NCBI GenBank assembly: GCA_951406725.2
Contig: OX597834.1
Span: forward strand, 41,664,001 to 41,728,000
Direction of reading: 5' to 3'
From: Octopus vulgaris
Lineage: Eukaryota
DNA: 64,000 nt
Both the position numbers and the translations under genes were made by a program. Below, piece after piece: positions 1 through 12,865 of the stretch (its first letter is position 1; the number at the start of each line of letters is the position of its first letter). The notes beneath the pieces were generated by a model. That model did not search any database and had not been told where the DNA came from. It saw nothing but the letters and a program-made list of their open reading frames with translations.

Positions 1-410
1 GAAGAAAAGATAATAGATGCTGCAATACCAGGCGATTAGAGGGTGAAATTAAGGAAACAGAAACGATTGTGAAATACCAGCCACTGCGGGAAGAGATAGG
101 AAAGTTTGGAGGCATGAGGAAAATGGTGATACCGGTGGTAATTGGAACATTAGGAGCAGTTTCCAGGGGCTTTGAAAAACATATTAAGAATATTGGGGGC
201 TACTGTCAGGCTCGAGGTTATCCAGAAGACAGTATTGTTGGGTACAGTTCACATTCTAAGGAGAGTATTGTCTCTTTGAGTCACAGGAGAAGGCACTACT
301 TGAAACCTTTGGTGATTTGTTGTTGCCTAATTTCAAGTAAAGATTAACCGGTAATTAAGAACTATCCGAGAGTCTTTCAGATTAACAACAACAATAATAA
401 TAATAATAAT
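1..410 (+). mobile_element. 3' relic of an R4/Dong-like non-LTR retrotransposon (restriction-like endonuclease)
   Basis: Disrupted translation IIDAAIPGD..KYQPLREEIGK..MVIPVVIGTLG..IQKTVLLGTVHILRRVL, then a short UTR and an (AAT)n tail. Confidence 0.8.
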
Positions 411-2144
411 AAAGCACATACGTGTATACACGTATGTATATAATGAACATGCATGTGCTAGTGTGTGTATTGTAATACACACAGGTACGCACGCACATAC
501 ACACACAGACACACACACACATTTAAATGCTAAAGTTTGTCAGTATACGAGAAAGATAATTAAGTTAATCACCTGGTTAATTTTATTATCAAATTAATGC
601 ATCAAACGTTCATCAGCGGAAGAAGATCTAATTTAAGGATATTTAAAGATAACGATGTTGATTAGCTGCGTCAGAGAATAGCTATTTCTCAATGATTCTG
701 TTTTTTTTTAAATCGCCACTCTGAAATTGTTTGTATGTATATCGTTTGTTATCAAAGAACCTTTTAATCACAAGTCAATCTTAACGTTATAAAAATCTAA
801 ACGAAGTCCTGCTCTACACAAAAGAATATTCCAATCATAGTCGAAAATAGATTGAACAATATTACAAAGGAGCGAGCTGGCAAAATCGTTAGCACGTCGG
901 GGAAAATGTTTCGCAGCATTTCGTCAGTCTTTACATTGTGAGTTCAAATGCCGCCGAGGTCGACTTTACCCTTCATCTTTTCAGAATCGATAAAATAAGT
1001 ACAAGTTGAGCACAAGGATCGATTTAACTGACTTACATCCTCCCCAATATTACAAGGGAGACAAAATGACAAAATGTGTAAAGAATCTACAAGCCGAAAC
1101 TTCAATGTTATTTATACGTAGATAACAGGTTCTGCAATATTTATGAAAGAACTGCAAATTTGCTTCGACAGATCGAAGCATATTTGAGTCTTATAAAAGA
1201 ATATTGTAAATATAAATCTAAATATAGTATCACTCCTCGAATAAACCTTTCTGTAATATGTCCCCAACGCACTATAGAAAACTATATCTTAAGAAGTCTA
1301 TGAAACAAATATTCCCATTCAACTGTAGGAAAGGAAATATTGTCACGTTGGAGACAGCAAAATAAATTCATTTGTGAAATCTGGTCTGAAATGCAAACTA
1401 GGTAAATAGCAATAGCGCAGAACGATGTTAAAACTAAAGAAACAATGAATGAAGTTAACCCACGGGAAATAAAAACAGTTAAAAACAGGAGTTATAAAAG
1501 TGTAGTCCCCCACCAGACAGAGAGTATCATCTTTAGTGCCTTCGGATATAAAAGACTATTTATGAATAAGACAGAACATTAGCAAAACAGGATCTGAATA
1601 TAATCAGCAGACAAATTGATGATAATTAGTAAAACGACCAATGAATGGTGCTCAACAAATAATGAACTCTAGCAAAACAAAGAACAAAGCAATTCTTAGC
1701 AAGACATGATACTATTACGCAGTTTACAAGTTGAAAGAGATCTTCGGCAGAATTGGCTAATGGTCAATGACATACACATACATTTCAGAAAAATACCACT
1801 TCAAGAAAACCGGATATGAAAAAAAAGCAAAAACATTTTTTAAAAAAACAGAAAGAAACGATGGTAACTACAGACGACACTTTACTATAGAGACCAGCCA
1901 ATGAGAGAGCATTGGACAGATTTTCTTAAAATGAAAACAACACTCAGAAGGATGTAAAACCTGCTTGAATAGGGAGAGTAGAGTCCTCACCCAAAGTCAC
2001 CGTAGAATGAAACTAATTACAGGAAAATTCAGTTTACACACACGCGTGTGTGTGTGTGTTTGTGTGTGTGTGTATGTGTGTGTGTGTGTCTGTGTGTGTG
2101 TGTGTCTGTGTGCCAAAATTTGAAATCATCATTATTATTGTTAT

Positions 2145-2710
2145 CGTTTCATCCTTTCGGGGTCGATTAAATAAGTACCAGTTACGCACTGAATTCGTTG
2201 TAATCGACTTAAGCCCTTCCTCTAAATTTCACCCCTCGTACCTACAGTAGAAACGATTATTCTTATTGCTATTATTACTAAGACGGCATAAGGCGACTAG
2301 CTTGCAGAATCGTTAGCAAGCCGTGAAAAATGCTAAGCGGTATCTCGTCCACCCTTATATTCTCTGATTTCAAATTCCGTCGAGGCCGACTCTGCCTTTC
2401 ATCCTTTTGGCGTCTATAAAATAAAAACCAGTCCAGCACTAGGGTCGATGTAATCGATTAGCCCCCTTTTCCAAAATTTTAGGCCTTGTACTTAGAAAGG
2501 ATACCACTAAAGCGACGATATGGCAGAACATTTAGCACGGTGAGTAAAAAGCTTGGCATTTTGTCTGTCTTCGTGTTCTGAGTTCAAAATCCGCCGAAGT
2601 CGACATTTCTTTTCCACCAAGTGGGGTCGATAAAGCAAGTACCAGTTAAATAATGATGTCGATGTAATCGACTCTCCCATTCCACTAATATTTCAGGCCT
2701 TGTGCCTATA
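2145..2710 (+). mobile_element. Cluster of older family A SINE copies
   Basis: Three degenerate copies of the family A core. Other old copies lie at about 870-1045, 3080-3290, 16948-17160 and 49810-49930. Confidence 0.7.
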
Positions 2711-2724
2711 TATATATTTTTTAT

Positions 2725-3037
2725 TTATGCGCCCTTTTCAAACCTAGCCAGTCTCATGGGCCCGGTTTCCCGGTTTCTGTGGCGTATGTGTTCCCCCCAC
2801 CCCCACCAGCTGGATGGGACGCCAGTCCATCGCAGCGTTACTCAAGGAACAGGAAGAAAGAGTGAGAGAAATTTGGGGCAAAAGAGTACAGCAGGGGTCG
2901 CCACCACCCTCTGCCGGAGCCTCGTGGAGCTTTAGGTGTTTTTGCTCAATAAACACACACAACGCTCGGTCTGGGAATCGAAACCGCGATCCTCCGACCG
3001 CGAGTCCACTGCCTTAACCACTGGGCCATTGCGCCTC
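2725..3037 (-). mobile_element. SINE family D (tRNA-Arg-like head, V-like tail)
   Basis: Minus strand head GGCGCAATGGCCCAGTGGTTAAGGCAGTGGACTCGCGGTCGGAGGATCGCGGTTTCGATTCCC. A second copy lies at 32580-32888(-). Confidence 0.8.
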
Positions 3038-3312
3038 AAGCCTTGTGCCTAAAGCGGAAGGATTATTATTATTGTTATAAAGGGGGCTAGCTGGGACAGT
3101 CGTTAGCACGTCGAAAATAATGCTTAGCGGCATTTCGTCCGTCTTTATGCAGTAATTCAAATTTCACCGAGCTCAACTTTACCTTTCATCATTTCAGGTT
3201 CGATTAAATAAGTACCAGTTGAGCACTGGAGTCGATCTAATCGACTTGCCCTCTCTCCCGAAATTGCTGGCCCTGTGCTAAAATTTGAAATCATTATTGT
3301 TGTTATTGTTTA

Positions 3313-3895
3313 AGGTGGCGTGCTGGTAGAATCGTTAACACACCGGGCGAAATACTTAGCGGTATTTCGTCTACCATTACGTTCTGAGTTCAAATTCCGC
3401 CGAGGTCGACTTTGCCTTTCATCCTTTCGGCGTCGATAAATTAAGTACCAGTTACGCACTGGGGTCGATGTAATCGACTTAATCCGTTTATCTGTCCTTG
3501 TTTGTCCTCTCTGTGTTTAGCCCCTTGTGGGTAGTAAAGAAATAGGTATTTCGTCTGCCGTTACGTTCTGAGTTCAAATTCCGCTGAGGTCGATTTTGCC
3601 TTTCATCCTTTCGGGGTCGATAAATTAAGTACCAGTTACGCACTGGGGTCGATGTAATCGACTTAATCCATATGTCTGTCCTTCTTTGTTCCCTCTGTGT
3701 TTAGCCACTTGTGGGTAGTAAAGAAATAGGTATTTCGTTTGCCGTTACGTTCTGAGTTCAAATTCTGCCCCGGTCGACTTTGCCTTTCATCCTTTCGGGG
3801 TCGATGAATTAAGTACCAGTTACGCACTGCGGTCAATGTAATTCAATATCTCCCTTCCCCCAAATTCCAGGCCTTGTTCCTATAGTAGAACGGAT
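3313..3895 (+). mobile_element. SINE family A, head plus three tandem body units (184-bp period)
   Basis: A-box-like head, GTTCAAATTCC B box, core GCCTTTCATCCTTTCGGGGTCGATAAATTAAGTACCAG; units start at 3361, 3545 and 3729. Confidence 0.85.
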
Positions 3896-4244
3896 GATTG
3901 TTGTTATTGTTGCTTTTTGTTATTGCTTTTGTTATTATTATTCTTAATATTATTATTATTATTATTAATTAGCAGAGTGTGGCTCCAAGAGAGATGAAGC
4001 TGCTATTTTTAGTTGGCCGAGTGACTATATACATTCTGCCTCATTGGCTTGTTATTTGTGACTCCAATGTAGAAGGAGGCGTTAAAAGTTTTGAAATTAT
4101 CCTACCGTGAAATGGAGGTTACCTGTTTGCACTGATGACCTGGGATTCGTACTCGATCCGACTGAAAGTGCACTGGCCGTGCAATGAGTGTTTTCGAAAA
4201 ACAAGAAATTATCCCTCACACACGTAATATAGATATTCCAACTT

Positions 4245-4295
4245 ACGTACACACGCACACACGCACACACACACACACACACACATACATACATC

Positions 4296-4337
<42 letters not shown>

Positions 4338-5131
4338 TACAAACACACATTACATATATGTATTTTGAAAACACACGTACTGCACAATGCTGCACACGCA
4401 CGCACGCACACACGCACACACACACACACACATACACACATTCACACACACATTCACACACACACTCACACACACATACAGGCAGAGAAACACACGTAAT
4501 GACACATACACAACTTGCATACTAACATACTAACATTACTAACTCGCTAACAATCGCGCACATACACACACTGCAACACACACATCATGTACACACATCC
4601 ATGCACACACAAACTGCAATGCACAAATATACACATGCACGCACGCGCGCACTGTATACATACAATAAAACAACACATACTCTGAGCACATACATACATG
4701 TATACACAAAACACGTGTATACATACATATATACAAGCATACATGCATACACACATACATATACATATATACATACACACATACATATATACATACATAC
4801 ATACATACATACATACATACATACATACATTCATTCATACATACATTCATTCATACATACATACATACATACATTCATACATACATACATACATACATAC
4901 ATACATTCATTCATACATACATACATACATACATACATGCATACATTCATACATACATACATACATACATACATACATACATGCATTTGTACATACAGTA
5001 AAACCCAGATATATTAATGAATACACTACTACCCATGCGTATGCAAATACTCACACATATACACACATATATACACACGGACACACAAATACACAGAAAA
5101 ATTCATACACTAGCACCCACGCATATGTGCA

Positions 5132-5169
<38 letters not shown>

Positions 5170-5269
5170 TATATACATATATACATATATATATACACAC
5201 ACACATGCACACACACATACATACATACGTACATACATACATACATACATACATACATACATACATACA

Positions 5270-5302
<33 letters not shown>
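4245..5302. repeat. Compound (CA)n/(TACA)n/(TA)n microsatellite
   Basis: Direct inspection. Confidence 0.95.
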
Positions 5303-5303
<1 letters not shown>

Positions 5304-6964
5304 CGCGTTCGTGCCTCCGCGAATGTACTGAACAAACATGGCATTCAACTCCCTCCACCAGCGCCCACCACCCCGAATACACACTCAAACACTCACCACC
5401 TGGGACTTTTTTTTTATCGACCGTATCCACGTAGAGTCTACTTTACTTCAACACGTCCCCCACCCCACCCCGCTGTAACTTAACCATAATCAACCGGGTG
5501 GATGTGTGTGCGTGTGTGTGTGTGTATGTGTGTGTTTGTGTATGTGTGTGTGTGTAGGAGGGGTGTCAGTTGACTAACTAATAATTAAAATATCTGCAAC
5601 TCAAGTTGGCATAGCCAAATATCTCCACACACCTCGGCTTAATTATAAACAACTGACCGATGGTCAGTGGGCCAGAAACAGACTGCAATAGTTGAGATGC
5701 CATCTTGGTGGTCAATGTGTGAGTGGGTGGATGTGTGTGTAGGGGTGGGGTGAAGACGGGGTTAGAATTGGTGCTTTAAAGATTGTTTTAAACCCCAGGT
5801 CAACCCAAATTGAGTAGAACGATTTCTCTAAGGCGTTCCAACCGTGCCCATCACATTTTTAAAGGGTTTCTTGGGTGAGTTTAAGACGGGGAGGGTCTGG
5901 TGCTTTAACAATTGTTAATTAAATTCTAGGAGACCCTTAATTGAGTAGAGCTATGACCGAAAGCATTTCAAGTGTGACAGTCCCATTTATTTCGGAATAT
6001 GTCGGTCGGGGTGCACCCCATGTACCTTCAAGCCATAGATTTGCACCTAAAAGGTTCTTATAAAAAGAGCAGGACTTGGAAAGTTTATTTTCATGGAAGA
6101 CTAAGAATTATCCCTGTATGCACATCTTTCCCGCCCTACCTTCACCGATATTGGCCGAGCGAAACATAATGATCGGTGCAATTTGACATTAGTGCCATCG
6201 CAGATGTCGCTAGAATATATACTGTATATTTCTGAATGCTAAAAAGCATACACTGACCACAAGTCATCTCACTCGATGCTTTAAGAATTCCACTAATCCA
6301 TAGCCTTGGATTAATACTTTGTTTACTAATCCCGAAAGGATGAAAAGGCAAAGATGACTTCTGTGGGATTTGAAGTCAAAGCGCAGAAAATCAGAGCAAA
6401 TATCTCGAGGCTTTCTGTGTGTTGGGTGAACGCCCCCAGACGATGAAGTAGGCTAGCCCAATACGTAGATATAGAGGGAAAAGCCTAGACGTCAGCAGCA
6501 CAGATGAGCAGGGCAGAGTCAAAGTAGAGTTGTAGAGGTATTCGAACGTGCGATATAACAGTGGCGACGAAGATTTCGTTGCACACACAGCCATTGTGTA
6601 GTATTGCGATATAACACTGTGTAACAACTCCGCCATTTCACAGGCCTCCTATTAAGATGGTAGGTTGTAATTTGTGTGAAATTGTGGTGCCATTTCTAGC
6701 AAATTGAATGGCCATGTAGAAATTCCCTGTTGCTGCTGGTTTTCTAAGGATTTTCCTGATGCAGTAGATCTATGTTCAAAGTCGTGCTCAGCGCGAACAT
6801 CCAGTCAATTTGTCCAAACGTAATGTTTCCAAGTCAACATTACCCAGTATGTATCTGCCATTTCTGAAGTCACTAGATATAGGTTAGATATTCAGACCGC
6901 GATATACTAGGTTTTGAATACCTAAAAGTCGGCATTTTCGTGGCTAGGGCACTTTTGATCTTAA

Positions 6965-7420
6965 TTGAGTGAGAGAGCAGTGCATGCCATCAAAGTGACA
7001 CTGGGGTAAAATATACGAAGCCCAGTATAACCATCATGACTACCCGTCTGATAAGGGTACACTAGGCACATGCATCACAACCATATGTACGCGACATGGT
7101 GATCTCATATCAAGATAAATAGCACATGACCTTGCAGGTGGGGCCCAGTTAGAATTTTCTTCTGGTCGAGTAACCCATCCCGTTCAAAAGGTCCCTGAAT
7201 AAGGGTTGTTTACTGATGTTGAATGAACCACCCATGTTTCCAAAGGTGAATTATTCAAACCCCAACACACGGCTATGATGCTCACCCACTAATTCTGCAC
7301 ATGATCAGAGATGCACATATCGTCGGCCACTAAGGGACATGCTCAACTGGTTAAGGTCAAACAACTGACAAGCAAATCTGTGGTATAGCGCAGAATATTT
7401 GCTGTAGCCCATCTTTTTAT
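6965..7420. repeat. Unclassified interspersed repeat
   Basis: 7245-7410 is similar, in inverted orientation, to 52045-52197. Confidence 0.5.
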
Positions 7421-7457
7421 ATCAAGACAAAACAATGCCTGGTACTGCGTCCGGGCA

Positions 7458-7512
<55 letters not shown>

Positions 7513-9264
7513 AGTGGAAATTAGAATCAGCAGTATGTCCGTAAACAAACCACACAAAGTGTGTTACATAAATGAAGTACAAATACATAGTAAATTCAGA
7601 TTGACGAAAGGTCATCAAAATTCTGATAACAGAAATACAATGCATTGTATCCCAGCATATTCAGTCTAGCTGTAATGCTGAGTCTAACTGTATTACAAAA
7701 CTTCCAAAATTAAGGACCTGCTGGTGATTGAAACACAAACCTGAAAGTCTATTATTGTGCTATTAATAACAAATGTGATTAACAAATTTTATTACTAATG
7801 TGGAAATAGTAAACTTCACGAGTCCAACTGTTAAATTGGCTATAGAAGTACAGCACTTTCTCACTCGTTCACCGTTTATTCCCAATGAAAAGCAACAGTA
7901 AAAACACTACACCATGCAACATGAAACAAAACTTCTAAGGAAAACTTTATTGAATAATACATCGATCTAACAGAGAATTCCCCAGAAAAAAACTGGCTAT
8001 TAATAATGTAAGTGGTATTAATATTAATAGCAAGAACAGAATGCAAAAAATCAAATCTCGACTAACGTAAACAAGTGAAAAACAAAAGCCACTCCCTGAC
8101 AGTCGAAAGAAATCAGCATTTCAAGGCCGAAAGTATTGTCAACAAACCATGATTCCTGTTAGCACATGCGAACACCGATCACAATATCTAAAAGATTATA
8201 CTATAAGAGAGGGAGAGAGATAGGAGGCGGCGGGGTACATAACATTTGCTTAAAGTTGTGGATGTAAGTCCATGGCAGTGTGATATTTGTGGCATCTTAT
8301 AGACGTCTCGAATGGCCCGAATAATTCTAGTCTGGTGAGACTTAAATATAAACATTTCCTGATGAAACGACAAACTTATCCACACGTTTACGATCTGTGC
8401 ATGATGAAGACAAGGCATTTATCAAATTGATCACAAATGAACGACTTCCAGTGTAGTATTATTAGGAGATGACCTCCGTCTCACTTTTTTAAACTCATTA
8501 TTTGGTTACTTCGAACAGATCTCACAGTTTAACACGGATAACAACAACATCGGTATCAACAACAACAATAACAATCAAGGCCAGTTTTCTTTTAAAACCA
8601 ACTCAGGAAACATTGGTTGTTGTTGTTGTTGTTATTGTTGTTGTTGTTGTTGTTGTTAAGCAACAAGACAGGTAAGGGTGATTAGGTGATGGTCTGGGGC
8701 TTAGGGGCGCGAGACCCCAGACCTTGGAAAAAAAAAAGAAAAAACTTTGGTCGTCTTGTTGTAGTCGAGGGCTCTTCGTTGACGCGAGGCACCACTGTGA
8801 GGTGGCCCTCGAAGTTGCTAGAAATGGAGATCTCCAGGTCTAAATTCGTGGACGGCGGAAACATCGGTTGGTACTGTTGCCCAATTGACGTGGATAGCAC
8901 AACATTTGTTTCTTCGCTATATTCTCCCACAGGAACATATGTGAACTTGAAATCGGCACTGCACGCTAATGAAGCAAACCCTCAACAATATAACAATTTC
9001 ACTAGTTTTGCCCCTATCTACATAATTAGTTACAGTTGTTGGTGTTTTTGTCATTATTGTTATTGTTGTTACAAACTAATAACTCCACGTCCACCTTTTT
9101 GTGTTTTGGTGACAGCCATAACGGGAATAGAAGGGGAATGACACAGAATGATAAGCTGTTAGCTGGTCCTTCTATCAACTCGTCTATCCACGCCTTAATT
9201 GAGTTAGTGTTGACATGTTTAATACATGGAGCATTAAATAGCTAACTAGAAATAATTATAGGGT

Positions 9265-9272
9265 GAGATAGG

Positions 9273-9332
<60 letters not shown>

Positions 9333-9355
9333 CAGATAGATAGATATATATATAT

Positions 9356-9408
<53 letters not shown>

Positions 9409-9409
9409 C

Positions 9410-9480
<71 letters not shown>
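9265..9480. repeat. (GATA)n microsatellite
   Basis: Direct inspection; similar tracts at about 18370-18492 and 22900-22956. Confidence 0.95.
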
Positions 9481-9749
9481 GTTAGGGTTAACACATTTAA
9501 TGAAGAGGACATTCACATGCTAACTAGAAATAAATGTGTGATGAGACGGCGAGATATTCAGACCAAGTGAAATACAGGCAAGATAGCATTCACGTATTTT
9601 GATACATGGGACATTAAATAGCGGAGCTGAAATATATATGTGGTGAGACAGATACATAGACGTACATGCATACATACATACATACACACATACATACATA
9701 CATACATACATACATACATACATACATACATACATACATACATACAACT

Positions 9750-9914
9750 CGTTCTGAGTTCAAATTCCGCCGAGGTCGACTTTGCTTTTCATCCTTTCGG
9801 GGTCGATTAAATAAGTACCAGTTACGCACTGGGGTCGATGTAACCGACTTAATCCGTTTGTCTGTCCTTGTTTGTCCCCTCTGTGTTTATCCCCTTGTGG
9901 GTAGTAAAGAAATA
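9750..9914 (+). mobile_element. SINE family A, headless copy inside (TACA)n
   Basis: Matches the body unit from GTTCTGAGTTC to AAAGAAATA, with TACA repeats on both sides. Confidence 0.8.
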
Positions 9915-10369
9915 CATACATACATACATACATACATACATACATACATACATACATACATACATACATACATACATACATACATACATACATACATACA
10001 TACGTACGTACATGCAAAAAAAAACCCTGTTGATGTTGAAATTCCACTGAAGGAGTCTTGGATTGAGATAAAAAACCGGCTCTTTCTCTAGTGGCAAGGA
10101 ATCTTGAAATAAAACTGAATAATGACAAAATCTCAGAAAATAATTAAAAATTCACATTTTTTGTCAAATTATTTTGTTATATTTGTCTATCTATCCAACT
10201 GTAAACATTATAAATATTTCACTAACTTTTTGTTATATCTTGGCAAAAGGGTACATATTTTGCCAAAAATTGCTAAATTTGTTCCCACTGTCTTCTTTAT
10301 TCACAACCAGAATCGTAAACTTTCTCTTGAAAATATTTCAAACTAGTCAAAGTTGAGAGTTTGACAGAG

Positions 10370-10797
10370 TCTGTCCTTGTTTGTCCCCTCTGTGTTTAGC
10401 CCCTTGTCGGTAGTAAAGAAATAGGTATTTCGTCTGCTGCTACGTTCTGAGTCCAAATACCGCCGAGGTCGTCTTTGCCTTTCATCCTTTCAGAGTCGAT
10501 AAATCAAGTACCAGTTGCGCATTGGGGTCGATGTAATCGACTTAATCCTTTTGTCTATCCTTGTTTGTCCCCTATATGTTTAGCCCCTTGTATGCAATAA
10601 AGAAATAAGAATCGTTGGCATGCCGGAAAAATTGCTTAATGACATTTCGACCGGTCTTTATGTTCTGAATTCAAATTCCGCCGAGGTGGACTTTACCTTT
10701 CATCCTTTCGGGTTCAATAAAATAGGTGCCATTTGAGCACTGGGGTCGATTTAGTCGACTTACTCCCTTCCTCGAAATTGCTGGCTGGCCTTGTGCC
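10370..10797 (+). mobile_element. SINE family A concatemer
   Basis: Tail of one unit, junction at 10424, a full unit, then an older copy. Confidence 0.8.
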
Positions 10798-11047
10798 TTT
10801 AACTAGTTACTTGAATAGCGAGAAATAGCAACCACACCACTTCAAAGGGTAAAGGACGTATTAGATAATGTAGTCCTAGACATCTTCCAGAATAGAAGGG
10901 ATGGTCGTATTTGGAAAGCTCTAATTCGTGGATTGGCTGGACCAGGGTCAGCCTGGGATTTGAGAACACATGACACAAACAAAGGTCCACAGAAAGACGG
11001 CAAAGCAGCAATTATTCAAAATGTGGACAATATACTATTTCCTCTTT

Positions 11048-11259
11048 TAATTCTTTTACTTGTTTCCATTAATTTGACTGTGGCCATGCTGGAGCACCGC
11101 CTTTAGTCGAGCAAATCGACGCCAAGACGTATTCTTTGTAAGCCTAGTACTTATTCTATCGGTCTCTTTTTGCCGAACCGCTAATTTACGGGGACGTAAA
11201 CACACCAGCATCGGTTGTCAAGCGATGCTGGGGGAACAAACACAGACACACACACACAC

Positions 11260-11348
<89 letters not shown>

Positions 11349-11512
11349 GACGGGCTTCTTTCAGTTTCCGTCTACGAAATCCACTCACAAGGCTTTGGTC
11401 GACCCGAGGCTATAGTAGAAGACACTTGCCCAAGATGCCACGCAATGGGACTGAACTCGGAACCATGTGGTTGGTAAGCGAGCTACTTACCGACACAGCC
11501 ACTCCTGCGCCT
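11048..11512 (-). mobile_element. SINE family B, full length
   Basis: Reverse complement of the 18898 copy with an expanded internal (CA)n/(TA)n. Confidence 0.85.
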
Positions 11513-12218
11513 ATATAAATATGTTTACAGTTGGTTAGCAAGTCTAGCTTTAATCGATTGACTTCGTATGTAGCACATCCAGATGAATATAGTTTGTCAC
11601 CATAATCAATTTTTTTCCTTTTTTTATTGATCTGATAATGGATTAGCATATGTGTGATAAGTGAACCACACACACACAGCAACACACACAAACATATGCA
11701 TACATACATAGACACATATATACATAAATATTTGTTTGTCGTGTTATAATGAAAATTTTACATTAAACCGAAAACTTACTGAATACTTTAGCTATACAAC
11801 ATATATATGTATGTATATATGTATATATGTATGTACATATGTTTGTGTGTATGAACTCATCCACTGCGTGGCACCTTAGCTGAGAGTCTTCTATTAAAAC
11901 CTCGGGCCGACCAAATCCTAGTGAGTAGAATTGGTAAAAGGAAACTGAAAGAAGCCCGTCGTATATATGTATGTATATATTTATGTGTATGTCTACCTTT
12001 GTGTCTATGTTTGACCCTCACTACCACCGCATGACCAACCGATGCTGGTGAGTTTACTTCCCCGTGACTTAGCAGTTCGGCAAAGAGGCCGAGAGAACAA
12101 GGGTCAGGCTCAAAAGAAGCAGAAATAAGTACTGAGGCCAATTCGTTCAACTAAAAATTCTTGAAGGAAGTGCTCCAGCATGGCAGCTGTCCAGTGACTG
12201 AAACAAGAGATAAAAGAT

Positions 12219-12271
<53 letters not shown>

Positions 12272-12474
12272 AGATGCAGCACGGACTTTGTCAGTGAACA
12301 GGTCGCGGATTTTAGCGACGAAAATATTTTGACAAATTAAACTTAAATGTTGAAGTGAATCGAACGGCTTTTGTGTGTTTCTTAAATGGCTTATAAACAC
12401 CTTCCACGCTGCAATTGTTTTCGTTTCAGCACACGATCTCAGATCAAATTACTTGCTATGCGAGTACATCTCCG

Positions 12475-12506
<32 letters not shown>

Positions 12507-12508
<2 letters not shown>

Positions 12509-12797
12509 AAAAACAAGTCAAGATAGAAAATGCTAAAATAATTTTATAAAGAACATTTTAGTACCGGTTTCAGTCATTGAGACTTTTTCAACTGTAACAA
12601 TTAAATAATTAAATTTAGAAAAATTAAAAGAAAAGTTTTTATAAAACAATATTTGTATAGTGTTCAAACTTTTCTTTTAATTTTTCTAAACTTAATTATT
12701 TAATTGTTACAGTTGAAAAAGTCTCAATGACTGGAACCGGTACTAAAATGTTCTTTATAAAATTATTTTACCATTTTCTATCCTGACTTGTTTTTCC
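12507..12797. repeat. Long inverted repeat (132-bp arms, 27-nt spacer) flanked by (AT)n
   Basis: 12507-12638 is the reverse complement of 12666-12797 with about 4 mismatches. Confidence 0.9.
12560..12593 (-). ncRNA. Hammerhead-like motif with U3:A8 core (family H3)
   Basis: Minus strand reads AG-TTGAAAA-AGTC(tcaat)GACT-GAAA-CCGG-TA-CT. The mirror copy at 12711-12744 (+) has GGAA instead of GAAA. Stem I is weak. Confidence 0.5.
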
Positions 12798-12865
12798 CTA
12801 TATATCAACTCGTGTGTTCCTTTTCATCCTTATACATACATACATATATATATACGTGTATATAT

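Noticed and set aside
907-928. CTGACGA...GAAAC on the minus strand
   Set aside because: There is no stem II pairing; it lies within a degenerate family A SINE head.
1240-2030. Possible L1/Tx1-like relic (A-rich + strand)
   Set aside because: No diagnostic motif could be read reliably.
3361-3895. CRISPR-like or retrozyme array
   Set aside because: The units are whole 184-bp SINE bodies with no unique spacers, and I found no hammerhead core on either strand.
4127-4173. GCAC-TGATGA...CTGA-AAGTGC: box C/D snoRNA, SECIS or hammerhead candidate
   Set aside because: Only about 23 nt separate the C and D boxes, there is no apical AA for a SECIS, and the stem II closing pair and NUH are missing for a hammerhead.
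4184-5483. Long ORFs such as 4698-5483 (261 aa), and similar YIHT/MYVC ORFs elsewhere
   Set aside because: They are translations of (TACA)n/(CA)n/(TA)n microsatellites that lack stop codons; there is no coding signal.
6391-6636. Non-repetitive minus-strand ORF (81 aa); likewise 8188-8418 and 61560-61807
   Set aside because: No recognisable domain or convincing splice-site pair; unsupported without a homology search.
8691-8722. GGTCTGGGG/CCCCAGACC hairpin followed by an A tract (terminator or ribozyme-like)
   Set aside because: It is a simple 9-bp stem in eukaryotic repeat DNA with no identifiable ribozyme core.
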